From NCBI GenBank assembly GCA_963851115.1, contig CAWKOI010000005.1, positions 8,317 to 72,316 on the forward strand: a DNA stretch of 64,000 bases, in the 5' to 3' direction. This DNA is from an uncultured Actinomycetota bacterium (GTDB taxonomy: Bacteria > Actinomycetota > Actinomycetes > Mycobacteriales > Mycobacteriaceae). The notes under the pieces were generated by a model. The model saw only the letters and a program-made list of their open reading frames with translations. It did not search any database and was not told where the DNA came from. Shown here piece after piece: positions 19,535 through 30,157 of the stretch. Numbering within the stretch: position 1 is the stretch's first letter; every line of letters begins with the position of its first letter. Made by a program: the position numbers and the translations under genes.

Positions 19535-20225
19535 ATGCGAATGGCGGGGCTGATCGCGGTATCTTTGCTGGTGGCGGGGTGTTCACAGGGGGTGGACGGG
19601 AACGCTGAGCGGATCCAGCCGGTGCCGTCGACGTCGGCTGCGACCACCCCTTCTCGCCCGTCGACCACGCCAGGAACCTCGACGAAACCCGCCCAACCGC
19701 CGCAACCGGGGGCGCCGATCGGCGACGTCATCACCTGGATCGAAGCCGGCAGCCCGGCCGATGCCGGCGGGTACCACTCCGCGACCCGTGACGGCGCCAC
19801 GACAGAGCTTGGCGACGACGTCGCGTTCACCACACCCTCGGGCAAGACCAACTGCATGACCGACTCCCGCACCGCCGGCGGCGCACTGGCATGCCTGGTC
19901 GACCTCGCCGATCCTCCGCCGCGACCGACGGAGGCCTACGGCGAGTGGAAGGGCGGCTGGGTCGACTTCGAGGGCCCGACGCTGGAAGTCGGCTCGGCAC
20001 ACGGTGATCCGGGCCGGTTCACCAACGGGACCGGTCCCGAACTGCCGTACGGTCAGGTCACTCGAGTTCGGCGATTACCGTTGCCGCGCCGATCCCGCCG
20101 GACTGTTCTGCGTCAACTATGCACACCGGTCGGCGGCGCGGTTCAGCGATGCCGGCGTTGAACCGTTCGGATGCCTGCAGAAGGTGACGCCACCCGCGGA
20201 CATCGGCCTCAAGTTCAGCTGCTGA
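19535..20225 (+). CDS. lppI: Lipoprotein LppI-like (one frameshift near 20060)
   Basis: Lipobox LVAGC; WKGGWVDF, GDPGRF; tail FGDYRCRADPAGLFCVNYAH in the next frame; divergent from lipT as in M. tuberculosis. Confidence 0.75.
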
Positions 20226-21141
20226 GCACCGCCTCGTGGCCCGGGTAGGCGTGCACGATGACCGAGCCGAGCTTCGGAATTGCATGCACCAGTTCGTGTT
20301 CGGCGCGATGGGCGACCTCGTGCGCATCGCCCAGGTTGAGCGCCGGATCGATGTCGAGCTCGGCGTCGGCCGCGAGCTGGTGTCCGACCCAGCGCATCCT
20401 CACCCTTCGCACGGCACGAACTCCCGGGCGGTCGGCCAGAACGGTATACGCGGTGTCCACGAGGTCGGGGTCGATGCGGTCCAACAGCCTGCCGAACACG
20501 TCGCGGGCCGCGATGACCAGCACGACGCCGATGGCGCCTGCGATGAGCAGACCGACGATCGGGTCGGCCGCGGGAAATCCCAGGGCCGCACCGACGGCGC
20601 CCGCCACCACTGCCAACGAGGTCAAACCATCTGCGCGCGCGTGCATTCCATCTGCCCGCAGTGCGGCGGACCCGATGCGCTTGCCGACGCGGATCCGGTA
20701 CAGGGCGACCACTTCGTTGCCAAGGAATCCGATCACCCCGGCCGCCGCGACCCAGCTCAGGTGCGACAGCGGCACCGGCTCGATGAGCCTGTGCACGGCT
20801 TGGACGGCGGCGATCAGTGCTGAGATCGCGATGACCGCCACCACGAACAACCCGGCCAGATCCTCGACTCGGCCGAATCCGTAGGTGTAGCGCCGCGTCG
20901 CGGCCCGCCGGCTCATCGAGAACGCGATCCACAGCGGCACCGCCGTCAACGCGTCCGAGAAGTTGTGCACGGTGTCTGCGAACAACGCCACCGATCCGGA
21001 GAGGCCGACGACGACGAGCTGTGCCACTGCGGTGATGGCGAGGACCACCAGGCTGATCTTGACCGCGCGGATGCCGGCGGTGCTGTCCGCTAGCGCGTCG
21101 TCGACTCGGTCCGTGTGATCGTGACTGTGACCGAGTCCCAT
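20215..21141 (-). CDS. Cation diffusion facilitator metal efflux protein
   Basis: HSHDH N-terminus, ADTVHNFSDA, YTYGFGRVED, ADGMHARADG. Confidence 0.95.
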   Translation of the reverse strand: MGLGHSHDHTDRVDDALADSTAGIRAVKISLVVLAITAVAQLVVVGLSGSVALFADTVHNFSDALTAVPLWIAFSMSRRAATRRYTYGFGRVEDLAGLFVVAVIAISALIAAVQAVHRLIEPVPLSHLSWVAAAGVIGFLGNEVVALYRIRVGKRIGSAALRADGMHARADGLTSLAVVAGAVGAALGFPAADPIVGLLIAGAIGVVLVIAARDVFGRLLDRIDPDLVDTAYTVLADRPGVRAVRRVRMRWVGHQLAADAELDIDPALNLGDAHEVAHRAEHELVHAIPKLGSVIVHAYPGHEAVLSS

Positions 21142-21527
21142 CAGCCGGTTCCCTGTTCGTGCAACAGGCGCAGCTCACCGTCGTCGAGGTGATGCGCGGG
21201 AACGCCTCCGGCCGCGTGTTCGGCATTATGCACCGCATCGGTGACCAGCTGGTGGACATGGTCGTTCTCGAGTCGATAGAACACCTGGGTGCCCTCGCGG
21301 CGGGTGCGTACCAGCCGGGCCATCCGCAGTTTGGCCAGGTGCTGCGACACGGACGGGGCCGGCTTGGCGACCCGGGCGGCGAGGTCGTTGACCGACAGCT
21401 CGCGATCCGCCAGCGCCCACAGCAGCTGCACCCTGGTCGCGTCGGACAGCATCCGGAAGACCTCGACGACCAGGTCGGCCTGCTCCTCGGCGAGACGCCG
21501 CGAACAAACCTGCTTATCTGCATTCAT
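21141..21527 (-). CDS. kmtR: ArsR/SmtB Ni/Co-sensing repressor, KmtR-like
   Basis: VVEVFRMLSDATRVQLLWAL...SVSQHLAKLRMARLVRTRR...ENDH...NAEH...HH closely resembles M. tuberculosis KmtR; TGATG overlap with the CDF gene. Confidence 0.85.
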   Translation of the reverse strand: MNADKQVCSRRLAEEQADLVVEVFRMLSDATRVQLLWALADRELSVNDLAARVAKPAPSVSQHLAKLRMARLVRTRREGTQVFYRLENDHVHQLVTDAVHNAEHAAGGVPAHHLDDGELRLLHEQGTG

Positions 21528-21536
21528 ACGCAGATA
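21515..21536. promoter_or_regulatory. Palindromic autorepression operator over the kmtR start
   Basis: TATCTGC-attcatac-GCAGATA spans the start codon; on the minus strand a TACTAT -10 lies six nt before ATG (leaderless). Confidence 0.75.
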
Positions 21537-21546
21537 GTAGCGCTCC

Positions 21547-22128
21547 TCAGACGGCGCCCTGTGCCCTGGCCTTTTCCCGGGCGCGGTCGGGATAGATCTG
21601 GGTCATCCCGACTGCTCCGACGATCACCACGATCGGAATCACCGCCTTGGTCCAGTCGATCGTGGCGGGTGCCGTGACGGCGACGTAGCCCAGGACCGCG
21701 ATGAGCGCGAACACCAGCGCCCACATCAGGGTGAGCACCCGGTTCGTGCGGCGGAACGCGGCCTTCTCCCACTCCTGTCGCGGCGCCGATTCAGGCGCGT
21801 ACTGCTCGGTGAACGGAACGAACGCCAACGAGCCCAGCGCCATCGCGCCCAGCGCGCCGGCCGACAGGGTGGTGGCATAGGTGTCCATCCAGTCGCGGTC
21901 CTGCGCCCCGACGATCATGCCGGTGATGGTCACTCCGACGAAGAACACGATCGTCACCACCTCGAGCAGCCGTGGACCGCCCCGACCGGCGGACACTCCA
22001 AGGATCAGCGCCGCGATCACCGCGCACAGCGCGCCGAACATCCAGGTGCTGGGTCCGTCGGCGACCACCCAGTAGATGATCCACGGCACAAATCCGATGA
22101 ACGGGCTGCGCTCGAACCATTCGTCCAC
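21547..22128 (-). CDS. Hypothetical membrane protein
   Basis: 193 aa with about six hydrophobic segments; PFTEQYA...FRRTNRVLTLMW. Confidence 0.75.
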   Translation of the reverse strand: MDEWFERSPFIGFVPWIIYWVVADGPSTWMFGALCAVIAALILGVSAGRGGPRLLEVVTIVFFVGVTITGMIVGAQDRDWMDTYATTLSAGALGAMALGSLAFVPFTEQYAPESAPRQEWEKAAFRRTNRVLTLMWALVFALIAVLGYVAVTAPATIDWTKAVIPIVVIVGAVGMTQIYPDRAREKARAQGAV

Positions 22129-22151
22129 ACCTCAGCTTGACCGCTTTACCG

Positions 22152-22213
22152 CGCGAACAGACGTAAATGCACCCATTTCTCGGCGTGTCGCGGGGCTTTT
22201 GCGTCTGCTCGCG
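22152..22213. repeat. REP-like intergenic palindrome, copy 1
   Basis: CGCGAACAGACGTAAA...CGGCGTGTCG...TTTTGCGTCTGCTCGCG; same family as the copies at 30720 and 47868. Confidence 0.8.
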
Positions 22214-22239
22214 TCTGAAAGGTGACCCAGCTCGCGGGG

Positions 22240-22971
22240 TTAGGCGACGCCTTTCTGCTTCAGCAGCGGCAACACACCCTCGGCGAACCAGTAGGCCTCC
22301 TCCAGATGCGGGTAGCCCGACAGGATGAACTCGTCGAAGCCAAGCGAGTGGTATTCGTAGATCAGGTTCGCGACTTCCTCGTGGCTGCCCACAAGCGCCG
22401 TGCCTGCACCGCCACGAACCAGTCCGACACCGGCCCACAGATTCGGGATAGATCTCCAGCTTGTCCACCCGGCCGCCATGCAACGCGGTCATCCGCCGCT
22501 GCCCCTCGGACTCCGAACTGGCATGCAGCTCAGTGGCTTTGGCGATCTGCTCGGGTGTCAGTTCTGCCAGCAGTTCGTCGGCGACTGCCCACGCCGCTGC
22601 CGAAGTGTCGCGGCTGATGGTGTGCAGCCGGATACCGAAACGCACGCTGCGACCGCGCTCTTCGGCGAGTTTGCGCACCTGTTCGATCTTGGCCGCCGCG
22701 GCTTGCGGAGGTTCACCCCAGGTGAGGTAGACGTCCACATACTCGGCTGCGATCGGCAGCGCTGCCGCGGACGAGCCACCAAAGTAAATCTGCGGCAACG
22801 GATCCGGCGGCGCGGATACCCTGGCGTCTTTGACGGTGTAGTACTGCCCTTCGAAGTCGAGTGAGTCCTGACGCCACACCGAGTTCACGATGTGCAGGAA
22901 TTCCCCCGTCCGGGCGTAACGCTCGTCATGGCCGAGCCAGTCGCCGAATCGCTGCTGCTCCGACTAGTCAC
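22240..22971 (-). pseudogene. LLM-class flavin-dependent monooxygenase (SsuD-like), N-terminal part missing
   Basis: [66 protein letters not shown]; in-frame TAG immediately upstream; extra frameshift near 22445. Confidence 0.8.
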
Positions 22972-23040
22972 GGTGCGTCGACGCTACGCATCGACGTCGT
23001 GGCGCTGAAGGGTTTGACTCTGCGTGATGCAAAGAGGGGA

Positions 23041-23080
23041 CCCCGCCGGAGTGAGCGTTGAGGCGATCACTCCGGCAGGG
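23041..23080 (-). terminator. Intrinsic terminator hairpin
   Basis: 14-bp arms CCCCGCCGGAGTGA/TCACTCCGGCAGGG followed on the minus strand by TCCCTCTTT, just after the lipoprotein stop. Confidence 0.7.
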
Positions 23081-23107
23081 CCGTTGGGCGACAGATCTAT
23101 TCAGCTG

Positions 23108-23821
23108 TCATGAAAGACGGAAGGTGCCGGTGACGAGGGTCGGGGTCACGTCCCGGCCGTTGATCGTGGACTTCGCGCTCTTGTTCGACAGGAATTCGAT
23201 CTGGCTGGCCTGCTGCAGTTGGCGCTTGTTACGCACGCTATTACGGAACTGCTGCTCGTTGAGTTGCTGAAGTTCGGCCTGCTCGAAGTCGCGGCCACTG
23301 ACACCGCCGTTGAACTGGACTCCGATCGCCGAGCCGTCCTCGCGGACCACCCAGGATGCGCGCACCCCATCAACGTCGGCGGTGTACATGCCTGCCACGC
23401 CGGACACCGGCGCCGCGGTGAACTCGTAGGCCACGCCGTTCATGGTCAGATCGCCCTCGACATCGGTGCCGTTGAACTGCGCCGTGAGGGTGTCGCGGAA
23501 CCTCGACGCGATGTCGATCTTGCCGTCGGTCTGGTTTCCGAAGAACCAGGCTTCGTCGTCGGTGCCGTTGCAGGCGTAGGCGGCGACGTCGGCGCCGTCG
23601 ACGGAGATGCCGATGGTCATCGTCTTGCCGTCTGCCGCCTTCATGTCGGCGACATATCGTGCCGTTTGCGGGAACGCGGACTCGGTCGCGGTGGTGGTAG
23701 CGGGAGCCGCCTCAGGGGTGGAGGTCGCTTCGGTGGATGTGCCGCCGGAGCAAGCGGACAGGGTGCCCAGGGCGACGAGCGCGCTGACACCCACAAGCAG
23801 GGTGCGGAAGTGCTTTTTCAT
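23108..23821 (-). CDS. Hypothetical lipoprotein
   Basis: Signal peptide MKKHFRTLLVGVSALVALGTLSAC, Thr/Ala linker, beta-rich domain AAYACNGTDDEAWFFG. Confidence 0.8.
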   Translation of the reverse strand: MKKHFRTLLVGVSALVALGTLSACSGGTSTEATSTPEAAPATTTATESAFPQTARYVADMKAADGKTMTIGISVDGADVAAYACNGTDDEAWFFGNQTDGKIDIASRFRDTLTAQFNGTDVEGDLTMNGVAYEFTAAPVSGVAGMYTADVDGVRASWVVREDGSAIGVQFNGGVSGRDFEQAELQQLNEQQFRNSVRNKRQLQQASQIEFLSNKSAKSTINGRDVTPTLVTGTFRLS

Positions 23822-23854
23822 GTGACCAGCATGAATGGCCGACGCTCCCCGTAC

Positions 23855-23884
23855 ATGAAGAATGTGTGGAGAATGCGTGGAGAA
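23855..23884 (-). promoter_or_regulatory. Three direct repeats with 11-bp period (putative winged-helix activator site)
   Basis: Minus strand TTCTCCAC-gca-TTCTCCAC-aca-TTCTTCAT, 34-63 nt upstream of the lipoprotein ATG. Confidence 0.65.
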
Positions 23885-23911
23885 CAGGGGCCAACGCCCG
23901 GCAAACGCCGA

Positions 23912-25154
23912 TCAGATAGCCAGAAACCCGTCGACCTCGTCGCGGAACACCCGCCATGCAGGCTCCGTCGCGGTCAGCAGGTGGTTGTTGCTGGAGAGTG
24001 CGACCAATCGGGAATCCGGTATCAGCGCAGCGAGTTCCTCGCCGAAGCGCATCGGCACCCGGTGATCGTCGCGGGAATGCATGATCAGCGTCGGGCAGGT
24101 CACATTCGCGGGCCTCGTCTCGCACGTCGATGCGGCCGAACTCCTCGAGGAACCTCACGGCGTTCTCCGGTGAGGTGGTGCGCCGTTGTAGTTGGTCGAA
24201 TGCTGCCCAATCGGCGCGCGTGCCGTCGGGCTGGAACTGAGCGGCGAACACCTGTCGAAAGGCCGGGTCGTCGCGACCCCAGCCCACCCGCGCCAAATCG
24301 AGATCCAATGCCGCAGCACGCTTTTCCTCTTCGCCGATGGCCCGCACTGCGCGGCCACGCGCGTATGCACTGCACAACACCAGCCGGCTGACTCGCTCGG
24401 GGTGGCGGGCGGCGTAGGCCACCGCGACGGCGCCGCCCTGCGACACCCCCAGCAGCGGAAAGCGTTCCAGCCCAAGTGACTCCACAACCGTCTCAAGATC
24501 GGCCACCCAGTCATCGAACGTGAAATCCGTTGCCTCCCAATCGGACAGTCCGCAGCCGCGTTCGTCGTATCGGATGAATCGATACTTGAGCGAGAGGTCA
24601 CGGACCCAGTGTTGCCACACCGGGCTTTCGATGTCGTATCCGAGATGGGTCATCCAATTGGCCGCACGCACCAGCGGCGGACCCTCCCCCGCCACCGCGT
24701 ATGCGAGCCGAACGCCGTCCGCCGCCCGGCAGAACGCGATGTGTTGGCGGGGCGGCGCAGGCTCCGGAGCCGGCGGTGTCTCGGCGGTAGCGTCCGGCGG
24801 TGCATCGGATTGGATCGTGCCGACGAATTGGTAACCGCGTCCGCGGACCGTCCTGATGTAGCACTGCGATTCACCGTCATCGCCTAGTGCCCGTCGGGCG
24901 GCCTTGATCCGGCTCGTCAACGCCGCCTCGCCGACGAAGCGCCCGCCCCACACCGAGTCGAACAGCTCCTCTTTGGTGACAAAGCGGTGGTGATTGCGAA
25001 TCAACTCGGTCAGCACATCGAACACCTGCGGCTCGACTCGGATCACCTCATCGCCGGAGCGCAGTTCATAACGCTGGGTGTCTAGGACGAATTCGTCGAA
25101 GCGCCACACACCGGCCGCACTCGTAGGGGTGGAGTCGGGAGGTGATAAGGACAC
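23912..25154 (-). CDS. OmpR/PhoB-type winged-helix regulator fused to an alpha/beta hydrolase (one frameshift near 24105)
   Basis: VEPQVFDVLTELI...ELFDSVWG...YIRTVRGRGYQF; hydrolase part RYDERGCGLS, GVSQGG and tail CPTLIMHSRDD...NNHLL in the next frame. Confidence 0.85.
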
Positions 25155-25238
25155 CGCGTTCCCATCTCGGGTTTTGTCGTTGGCAATCGTAAAACGGGCA
25201 ACCCCCCGCCGATGTTCAGCGCGACAAGAATTTGCGGG

Positions 25239-25568
25239 CTAGCGCCAGCCGTCGGCCGCCTTGGCCACACGCATCAGCGCGTCGCACAGTTCCCGCAGTT
25301 CGGCCCCTTCTGCTCCCTCTTCTATGGCCGTCGCGACGTCTTCAGCGGCGCATCTGACCTGGTAGACGCGGTCGGACAGCTCGGAGGCCTCCTCGGCGGT
25401 CAGTACCACGGCATCCGGCGCGAGCGTGGTGCCCTTGACCATCGCACGCTGTTCATAGGCGCGCTGCCGGCAGGACTGCCTGCAGTACTGCCGACGCCGC
25501 CCCAGGCCGACGTCAGCGACTTCACGACCACACCAGCGACACGGCTGAGCGCGAAGACGACGTACCAC
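25239..25568 (-). CDS. Conserved hypothetical protein (Rv2049c-like)
   Basis: CRWCGR...RRRQYCRQSCRQRAYEQR; divergent from rbpA as in other mycobacteria. Confidence 0.8.
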   Translation of the reverse strand: MVRRLRAQPCRWCGREVADVGLGRRRQYCRQSCRQRAYEQRAMVKGTTLAPDAVVLTAEEASELSDRVYQVRCAAEDVATAIEEGAEGAELRELCDALMRVAKAADGWR

Positions 25569-25626
25569 GAGAACAGACTGTAAACCGCCAGTGCCGCAGA
25601 TCCCGGTATCATCGGCGGTCGAGTCG

Positions 25627-25653
25627 GGAACTGCGCGCGGTTTTGCTGCGTTG
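25627..25653 (+). promoter_or_regulatory. SigE/SigH-type promoter of rbpA
   Basis: GGAAC-N17-CGTTG. Confidence 0.75.
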
Positions 25654-25690
25654 ATGATCCGGACAATTAGTTACTTGAGGAGTGTTGACG

Positions 25691-26029
25691 ATGGCTGATC
25701 GTGTCTTGAGGGGCAGTCGCCTCGGAGCCGTGAGCTACGAGACGGACCGCAACCATGACCTGGCGCCGCGTCAGGTCGCCCGCTACCGCACCGACAACGG
25801 CGAGGAGTTCGACGTCCCGTTCGCCGACGACGCCGAGATCCCCGGCAGCTGGCTGTGCCGCAACGGCATGGAGGGCACCCTGATCGAGGGTGACGTGCCG
25901 GAGCCGAAGAAGGTCAAGCCGCCGCGCACGCACTGGGACATGCTGCTGGAGCGCCGGTCCATCGAGGAGCTCGAGGAGCTGCTCAAGGAGCGCCTCGACA
26001 TCATCAAGACCCGCCGCCGCGGCAGCTGA
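25691..26029 (+). CDS. rbpA: RNA polymerase-binding protein RbpA
   Basis: MADRVLRGSRLGAVSYETDRNHDLAPRQ...KPPRTHWDMLLERRSIEELEELLKERL. Confidence 0.98.
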   Translation: MADRVLRGSRLGAVSYETDRNHDLAPRQVARYRTDNGEEFDVPFADDAEIPGSWLCRNGMEGTLIEGDVPEPKKVKPPRTHWDMLLERRSIEELEELLKERLDIIKTRRRGS

Positions 26030-26042
26030 CTGTAGTCAGCGC

Positions 26043-26811
26043 TTAGCGCACGACGCCGCGGGCGCGATCCAGGCGCCCGCGGATACCCCATTCCGCGACC
26101 TTGAACAGAGCTTCGCGGATGTTGGATCCGCTCATCTTGGATTGGCCGAACTCGCGCTCGGTGAACGTGATCGGGACCTCGACGACGACGAACCCGTTGT
26201 TGATGGTGCGCCACGTCAGGTCGATCTGGAAGCAGTAGCCCTTCGAGTCGACGGCGGCCAGATCGATCTTCTCCAGCACTTCCCGCCGGTAGGCGCGGTA
26301 GCCGGCGGTGATGTCGTGCACGTCGACCCCCAGCAGAATGCGCGAGTAGCCGTTGGCGGTGCGCGATAGCACCATCCGCCGCCGCGGCCAGTTGCGCACC
26401 TCCCCGCCCGCGACGTAGCGCGAGCCGATCGCCAGGTCGGCACCACCGTCGACCGCATCGAGCAGCCGGTGCAGTTGTTCGGGCGGGTGGCTGCCGTCGG
26501 CGTCCATCTCCACCAGGACCGAGTATTCGCGGTTCAGGCCCCACGCGAAGCCCGCCAGGTAGGCCGCGCCGAGGCCGCCCTTGGACGTCCGGTGCATGAC
26601 GTGCACGCGGTCCGGATCGGCCAGGGCCAATTCGTCGGCCAGCTCGCCGGTGCCGTCGGGGCTGCCGTCATCGACGACCAAAATGTGGACGTCCGGACGC
26701 GCCTTGTGCACGCGTCCCGACGATCAACGGCAGGTTCTCCCGCTCGTTGAAGGTGGGGATGATGACCAGCGTGCGCTCGCTTGGGCGTGGGATGCCCGGG
26801 CCCGTACTCAT
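26043..26811 (-). CDS. ppm1: Polyprenol monophosphomannose synthase (one frameshift near 26718)
   Basis: [15 protein letters not shown] then [27 protein letters not shown]. Confidence 0.92.
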
Positions 26812-26823
26812 GTGGCTCCTTCG

Positions 26824-28578
26824 TCATTGCTGACGTCGGCCGAGACGACGCACGAAACTCCCATTGTGCAGTATTGCGGCGATCACAGCGGCGACACCGA
26901 TGCCGACCAGCAGCCCTTGGACGATCGGACCCCACCGGGTGGCGGGCGTGAGCTGCGTCTTCAGCCGCACCTGGGTATCGAGGTAGGCGGGCTCGAAGAA
27001 AGCGGTACGGGCCAGCTCATGGCCGTTGGGTGCGATGACCGCGCTGATCCCCGTCGTGCCCGCCACCACGACGTAGCGGTCGTGCTCGACGGCTCGCAGC
27101 CTGCCGAACGCCAGCTGTTGCTCGCTCATCGCCTCGTTGAACGTGGCGTTGTTCGTCGGCACCGCCAGCAGCTGGGCGCCGCTGAGCACGGACTCACGGG
27201 CGGCGCGATCGAAGATCACCTCCCAGCAGGTGGTGACTCCGACCGGCACACCGGCCGCCTGCACCACGCCGTTGCCGTCGCCCGGAATGAAGTAGCCGGC
27301 TCGATCCGCGTACGGCGACAGATGGGAGAAGAAGCTGCGCCACGGCAGATACTCACCGAACGGCTGCACGATCTTCTTGTCGTGGCGATCCGCCGGTCCG
27401 GTACCGGGATTCCAGACGATCACCGAATTGGTGGACACCGGGTTGTCGCGGCTGTACCCCGGTGCGGCGACGACGCCGCCGACCAGGATGGGCGCGTTGA
27501 TGGCCGTAGCGGCGGTCGAGATCTGCTGATGGGCGTCCGGGTTGGCCAGCGGGTCGATATCCGAGGAGTTCTCCGGCCAGATGACCAACATCGGCTGCGG
27601 CGCCTTGCCGGCGCGCACGTCCTCCGCGAGCGCAGCCGTCTCGCGGACGTGATTGTCGAGCACGGCGCGGCGCTGGGCGTTGAACTCCAGGCCGAGCCGC
27701 GGCACATTGCCCTGCACGGCGGCCACCGTGATGGCCTGGTCGTCGCCGGCACCGATACCGGACTGCCGCACGTTCGGCCACGCCAACGCCGTCGTCAGCA
27801 GCACGATGCTGATGCACACCCCGGGCAGCACCACGGCCGGCGGCGCGGCGATCTGTGTCTGCTCGCCGCGTCGCCACCATTGCACCGTCTCGAATGCGAT
27901 TGCAGCCAGGCTGAATCCGGTCAGCACGACAGCGAACGACAACAGGGGCGCACCGCCGAGTTGCGCGATCGGCAGCAGCGGGCTCTGTGTTTGGCTGAAA
28001 CCGACTATTCCCCAGGGGAATCCACCGAACGGCACCGTCGCCTTGAGCCACTCCTGAGCGGCCCACAGTCCCGCGAACCAGAGCGGCCAGCCGGGTAGTC
28101 GCCGAACCGCGACGGCGAGCAGACCGAACAGGGCTGGGAACAGGGCCTCGGCGAATGACAGGGCAATCCAGGGAAACGCGCCGACCAGCCCGCTGATCCA
28201 CGGCAGCAGCGGAAGGTAGAACACCACCCCGAACAGAAAGCCGTATCCGAATCCTCCTGCAAGCGTTGTGGTTTCACGGGTCAGCACCCACGCCAGGCCG
28301 ACGAACGCGAAGACGGCAAGGTACCACCAGCCGAACGGAGGGAAGCTCAGGCACAGCAGCAGCCCGCCGACGATCGCGACGCTCAGTTGCGGCAGCCGGT
28401 CCACCACCGCCTGCCGGAACCGCTTGGCGCGAGACGGGGCTTCGGCCGGCCCCGAATCGGGCGCCGGCTCCTGCGGGGCATCGGAGGGTTCGGCGGCGTC
28501 GTCGTCGACGATCGCGGAAAACGTATCCGTGTCGTCGGATGCGCGAGACCACTCGCGCCGGCGCGCGGACTTAGCCAT
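26824..28578 (-). CDS. lnt: Apolipoprotein N-acyltransferase
   Basis: [45 protein letters not shown]. Confidence 0.95.
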   Translation of the reverse strand: MAKSARRREWSRASDDTDTFSAIVDDDAAEPSDAPQEPAPDSGPAEAPSRAKRFRQAVVDRLPQLSVAIVGGLLLCLSFPPFGWWYLAVFAFVGLAWVLTRETTTLAGGFGYGFLFGVVFYLPLLPWISGLVGAFPWIALSFAEALFPALFGLLAVAVRRLPGWPLWFAGLWAAQEWLKATVPFGGFPWGIVGFSQTQSPLLPIAQLGGAPLLSFAVVLTGFSLAAIAFETVQWWRRGEQTQIAAPPAVVLPGVCISIVLLTTALAWPNVRQSGIGAGDDQAITVAAVQGNVPRLGLEFNAQRRAVLDNHVRETAALAEDVRAGKAPQPMLVIWPENSSDIDPLANPDAHQQISTAATAINAPILVGGVVAAPGYSRDNPVSTNSVIVWNPGTGPADRHDKKIVQPFGEYLPWRSFFSHLSPYADRAGYFIPGDGNGVVQAAGVPVGVTTCWEVIFDRAARESVLSGAQLLAVPTNNATFNEAMSEQQLAFGRLRAVEHDRYVVVAGTTGISAVIAPNGHELARTAFFEPAYLDTQVRLKTQLTPATRWGPIVQGLLVGIGVAAVIAAILHNGSFVRRLGRRQQ

Positions 28579-30157
28579 GGATGACGGCACCTCGATGCAC
28601 GGTCTGTCGGCATCGCGGCAACCGGCCGTCGAGTCGCGGCAGGGCAGGCACCCGCGAGCGCCGGTCGGTCGACCAGCGCTGGACCTCATCGGCCGGAGCG
28701 CTCACCTCGAACTCGTCGGCCTCCCAGATGGCGTACGACGCGGGCGCGCCGGGGACCAGCGTGCCGGTTACGCCGTCGCGGACCCCGCCTGCCCGCCAGG
28801 CACCACGGGTGGCGGCGGCGAACGCCGCCCGCGCCGACACCGCGCTGCCCGGGGTGTGGTGTCGCGTCGCCGCACGCACCGTGGCCCACGGATTCATGCC
28901 GGTGACAGGGCTGTCGGAACCGAAGGCTAGGGGCACGCCTTGGGATGCTAACAGCGCCAATGGGTTCAGCTGATGGACTCGGTCGGGGCCGAGGCGCTGC
29001 GCGTACATTCTGTCGTCGCCGCCCCACAACGCGTCGAAGTTGGGCTGCATGCTGGCGATCACGCCCCACGAACCGAGCCTGCCGGCCTGCTCGTCGGTGA
29101 CCATCTCGAGGTGCTCGAGCCGATGTCCGCATCGGGCCACCGCGGGCGCTCCGAACGCTTCAACGACTCGCTCGAGCGCCTCGACGACCGCGGTCACCGC
29201 CGCGTCGCCGATCACGTGGAAGCCCGCCGTGACACCCGCTTCCGTGCACGCCATCAGGTGAGCCGTGATCGCGTCGGCGTCGAGGTAGCTGTTGCCGCAA
29301 CAGTCGGGCGCGTCGCTGTACGGATCGTGCAGCCAGGCGGTGCGCGATCCGAGCGCGCCGTCGACGAACAGGTCGCCGGCCAACCCGCGGGCGCCGGTGG
29401 CGTCGATCAGCTCGCGTGCCTGGTCGGGGGTGGTCACCGGCTCGCCCCAGTAGCCGACGACTTCGACGGCGTGCTCGACGCCACGAATCTCATGCCAGTC
29501 GTCGAGGCCGCCGATATTCGGGCCTGCGCATTCGTGGACGGCGGCAATGCCGTAGGCCGCCGCGGCGTCGAGCGCGGCGAGCCGGGCCCGGTGACGCTGC
29601 TGCGGCGTCAGCTCGTTGCGGGCGGCCGCTCTCACCAGATGGTGTGCGTCGCTGGTCAACGGGTGTTTCGGGTTGAATCCGGCGGCCTCGGCGAGCCCTG
29701 GCGCGAGCCGGCGCAGCGCGGTGGAGGCCGCCGCCGAGTGGACGTCGACTCGGGCCAGGTAGGCGGGCCGGTCCCCGACCACGCCGTCCAGGTCGTCGGT
29801 GCTGGGCGCGGTGCGTTCCGGCCAGCCCGATTCGTCCCAGCCGTGTGCCCAGATCGGACCGTCGGGGTGTCGCCGCGCGTAGTCGCCGATGAGGTCAACG
29901 CAGTGCCGCAGCGAGGTGGCCGGGCGCAGGTCCAACCCGGCGAAAGTCAGGCCGGTGGCGGTGAGGTGGACGTGACTGTCGACGAATGCGGGCGCGACGA
30001 AGCCACCGTCGAGGTCGACGGTCTCCGCGTCGGGAAACTGTTGGCGGCCAACGTCATCGCTGCCGAGCCACGCGACGATGCCGTCGCGTACCGTCATCGC
30101 GGTGGCGTCGGGCATGGCGGGACTGTGCACCCGCCCGTTGAGGAGGAGGGTCGTCAC
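28571..30157 (-). CDS. Amidohydrolase 3 family protein (Rv2052c-like)
   Basis: [36 protein letters not shown]. Confidence 0.9.
   Translation of the reverse strand: MTTLLLNGRVHSPAMPDATAMTVRDGIVAWLGSDDVGRQQFPDAETVDLDGGFVAPAFVDSHVHLTATGLTFAGLDLRPATSLRHCVDLIGDYARRHPDGPIWAHGWDESGWPERTAPSTDDLDGVVGDRPAYLARVDVHSAAASTALRRLAPGLAEAAGFNPKHPLTSDAHHLVRAAARNELTPQQRHRARLAALDAAAAYGIAAVHECAGPNIGGLDDWHEIRGVEHAVEVVGYWGEPVTTPDQARELIDATGARGLAGDLFVDGALGSRTAWLHDPYSDAPDCCGNSYLDADAITAHLMACTEAGVTAGFHVIGDAAVTAVVEALERVVEAFGAPAVARCGHRLEHLEMVTDEQAGRLGSWGVIASMQPNFDALWGGDDRMYAQRLGPDRVHQLNPLALLASQGVPLAFGSDSPVTGMNPWATVRAATRHHTPGSAVSARAAFAAATRGAWRAGGVRDGVTGTLVPGAPASYAIWEADEFEVSAPADEVQRWSTDRRSRVPALPRLDGRLPRCRQTVHRGAVIHG

Noticed and set aside
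26043-28578. lnt and ppm1 as a broken fusion gene
   Set aside because: Separate genes are normal outside the M. tuberculosis complex, and ppm1 has its own AAGGAG RBS and ATG
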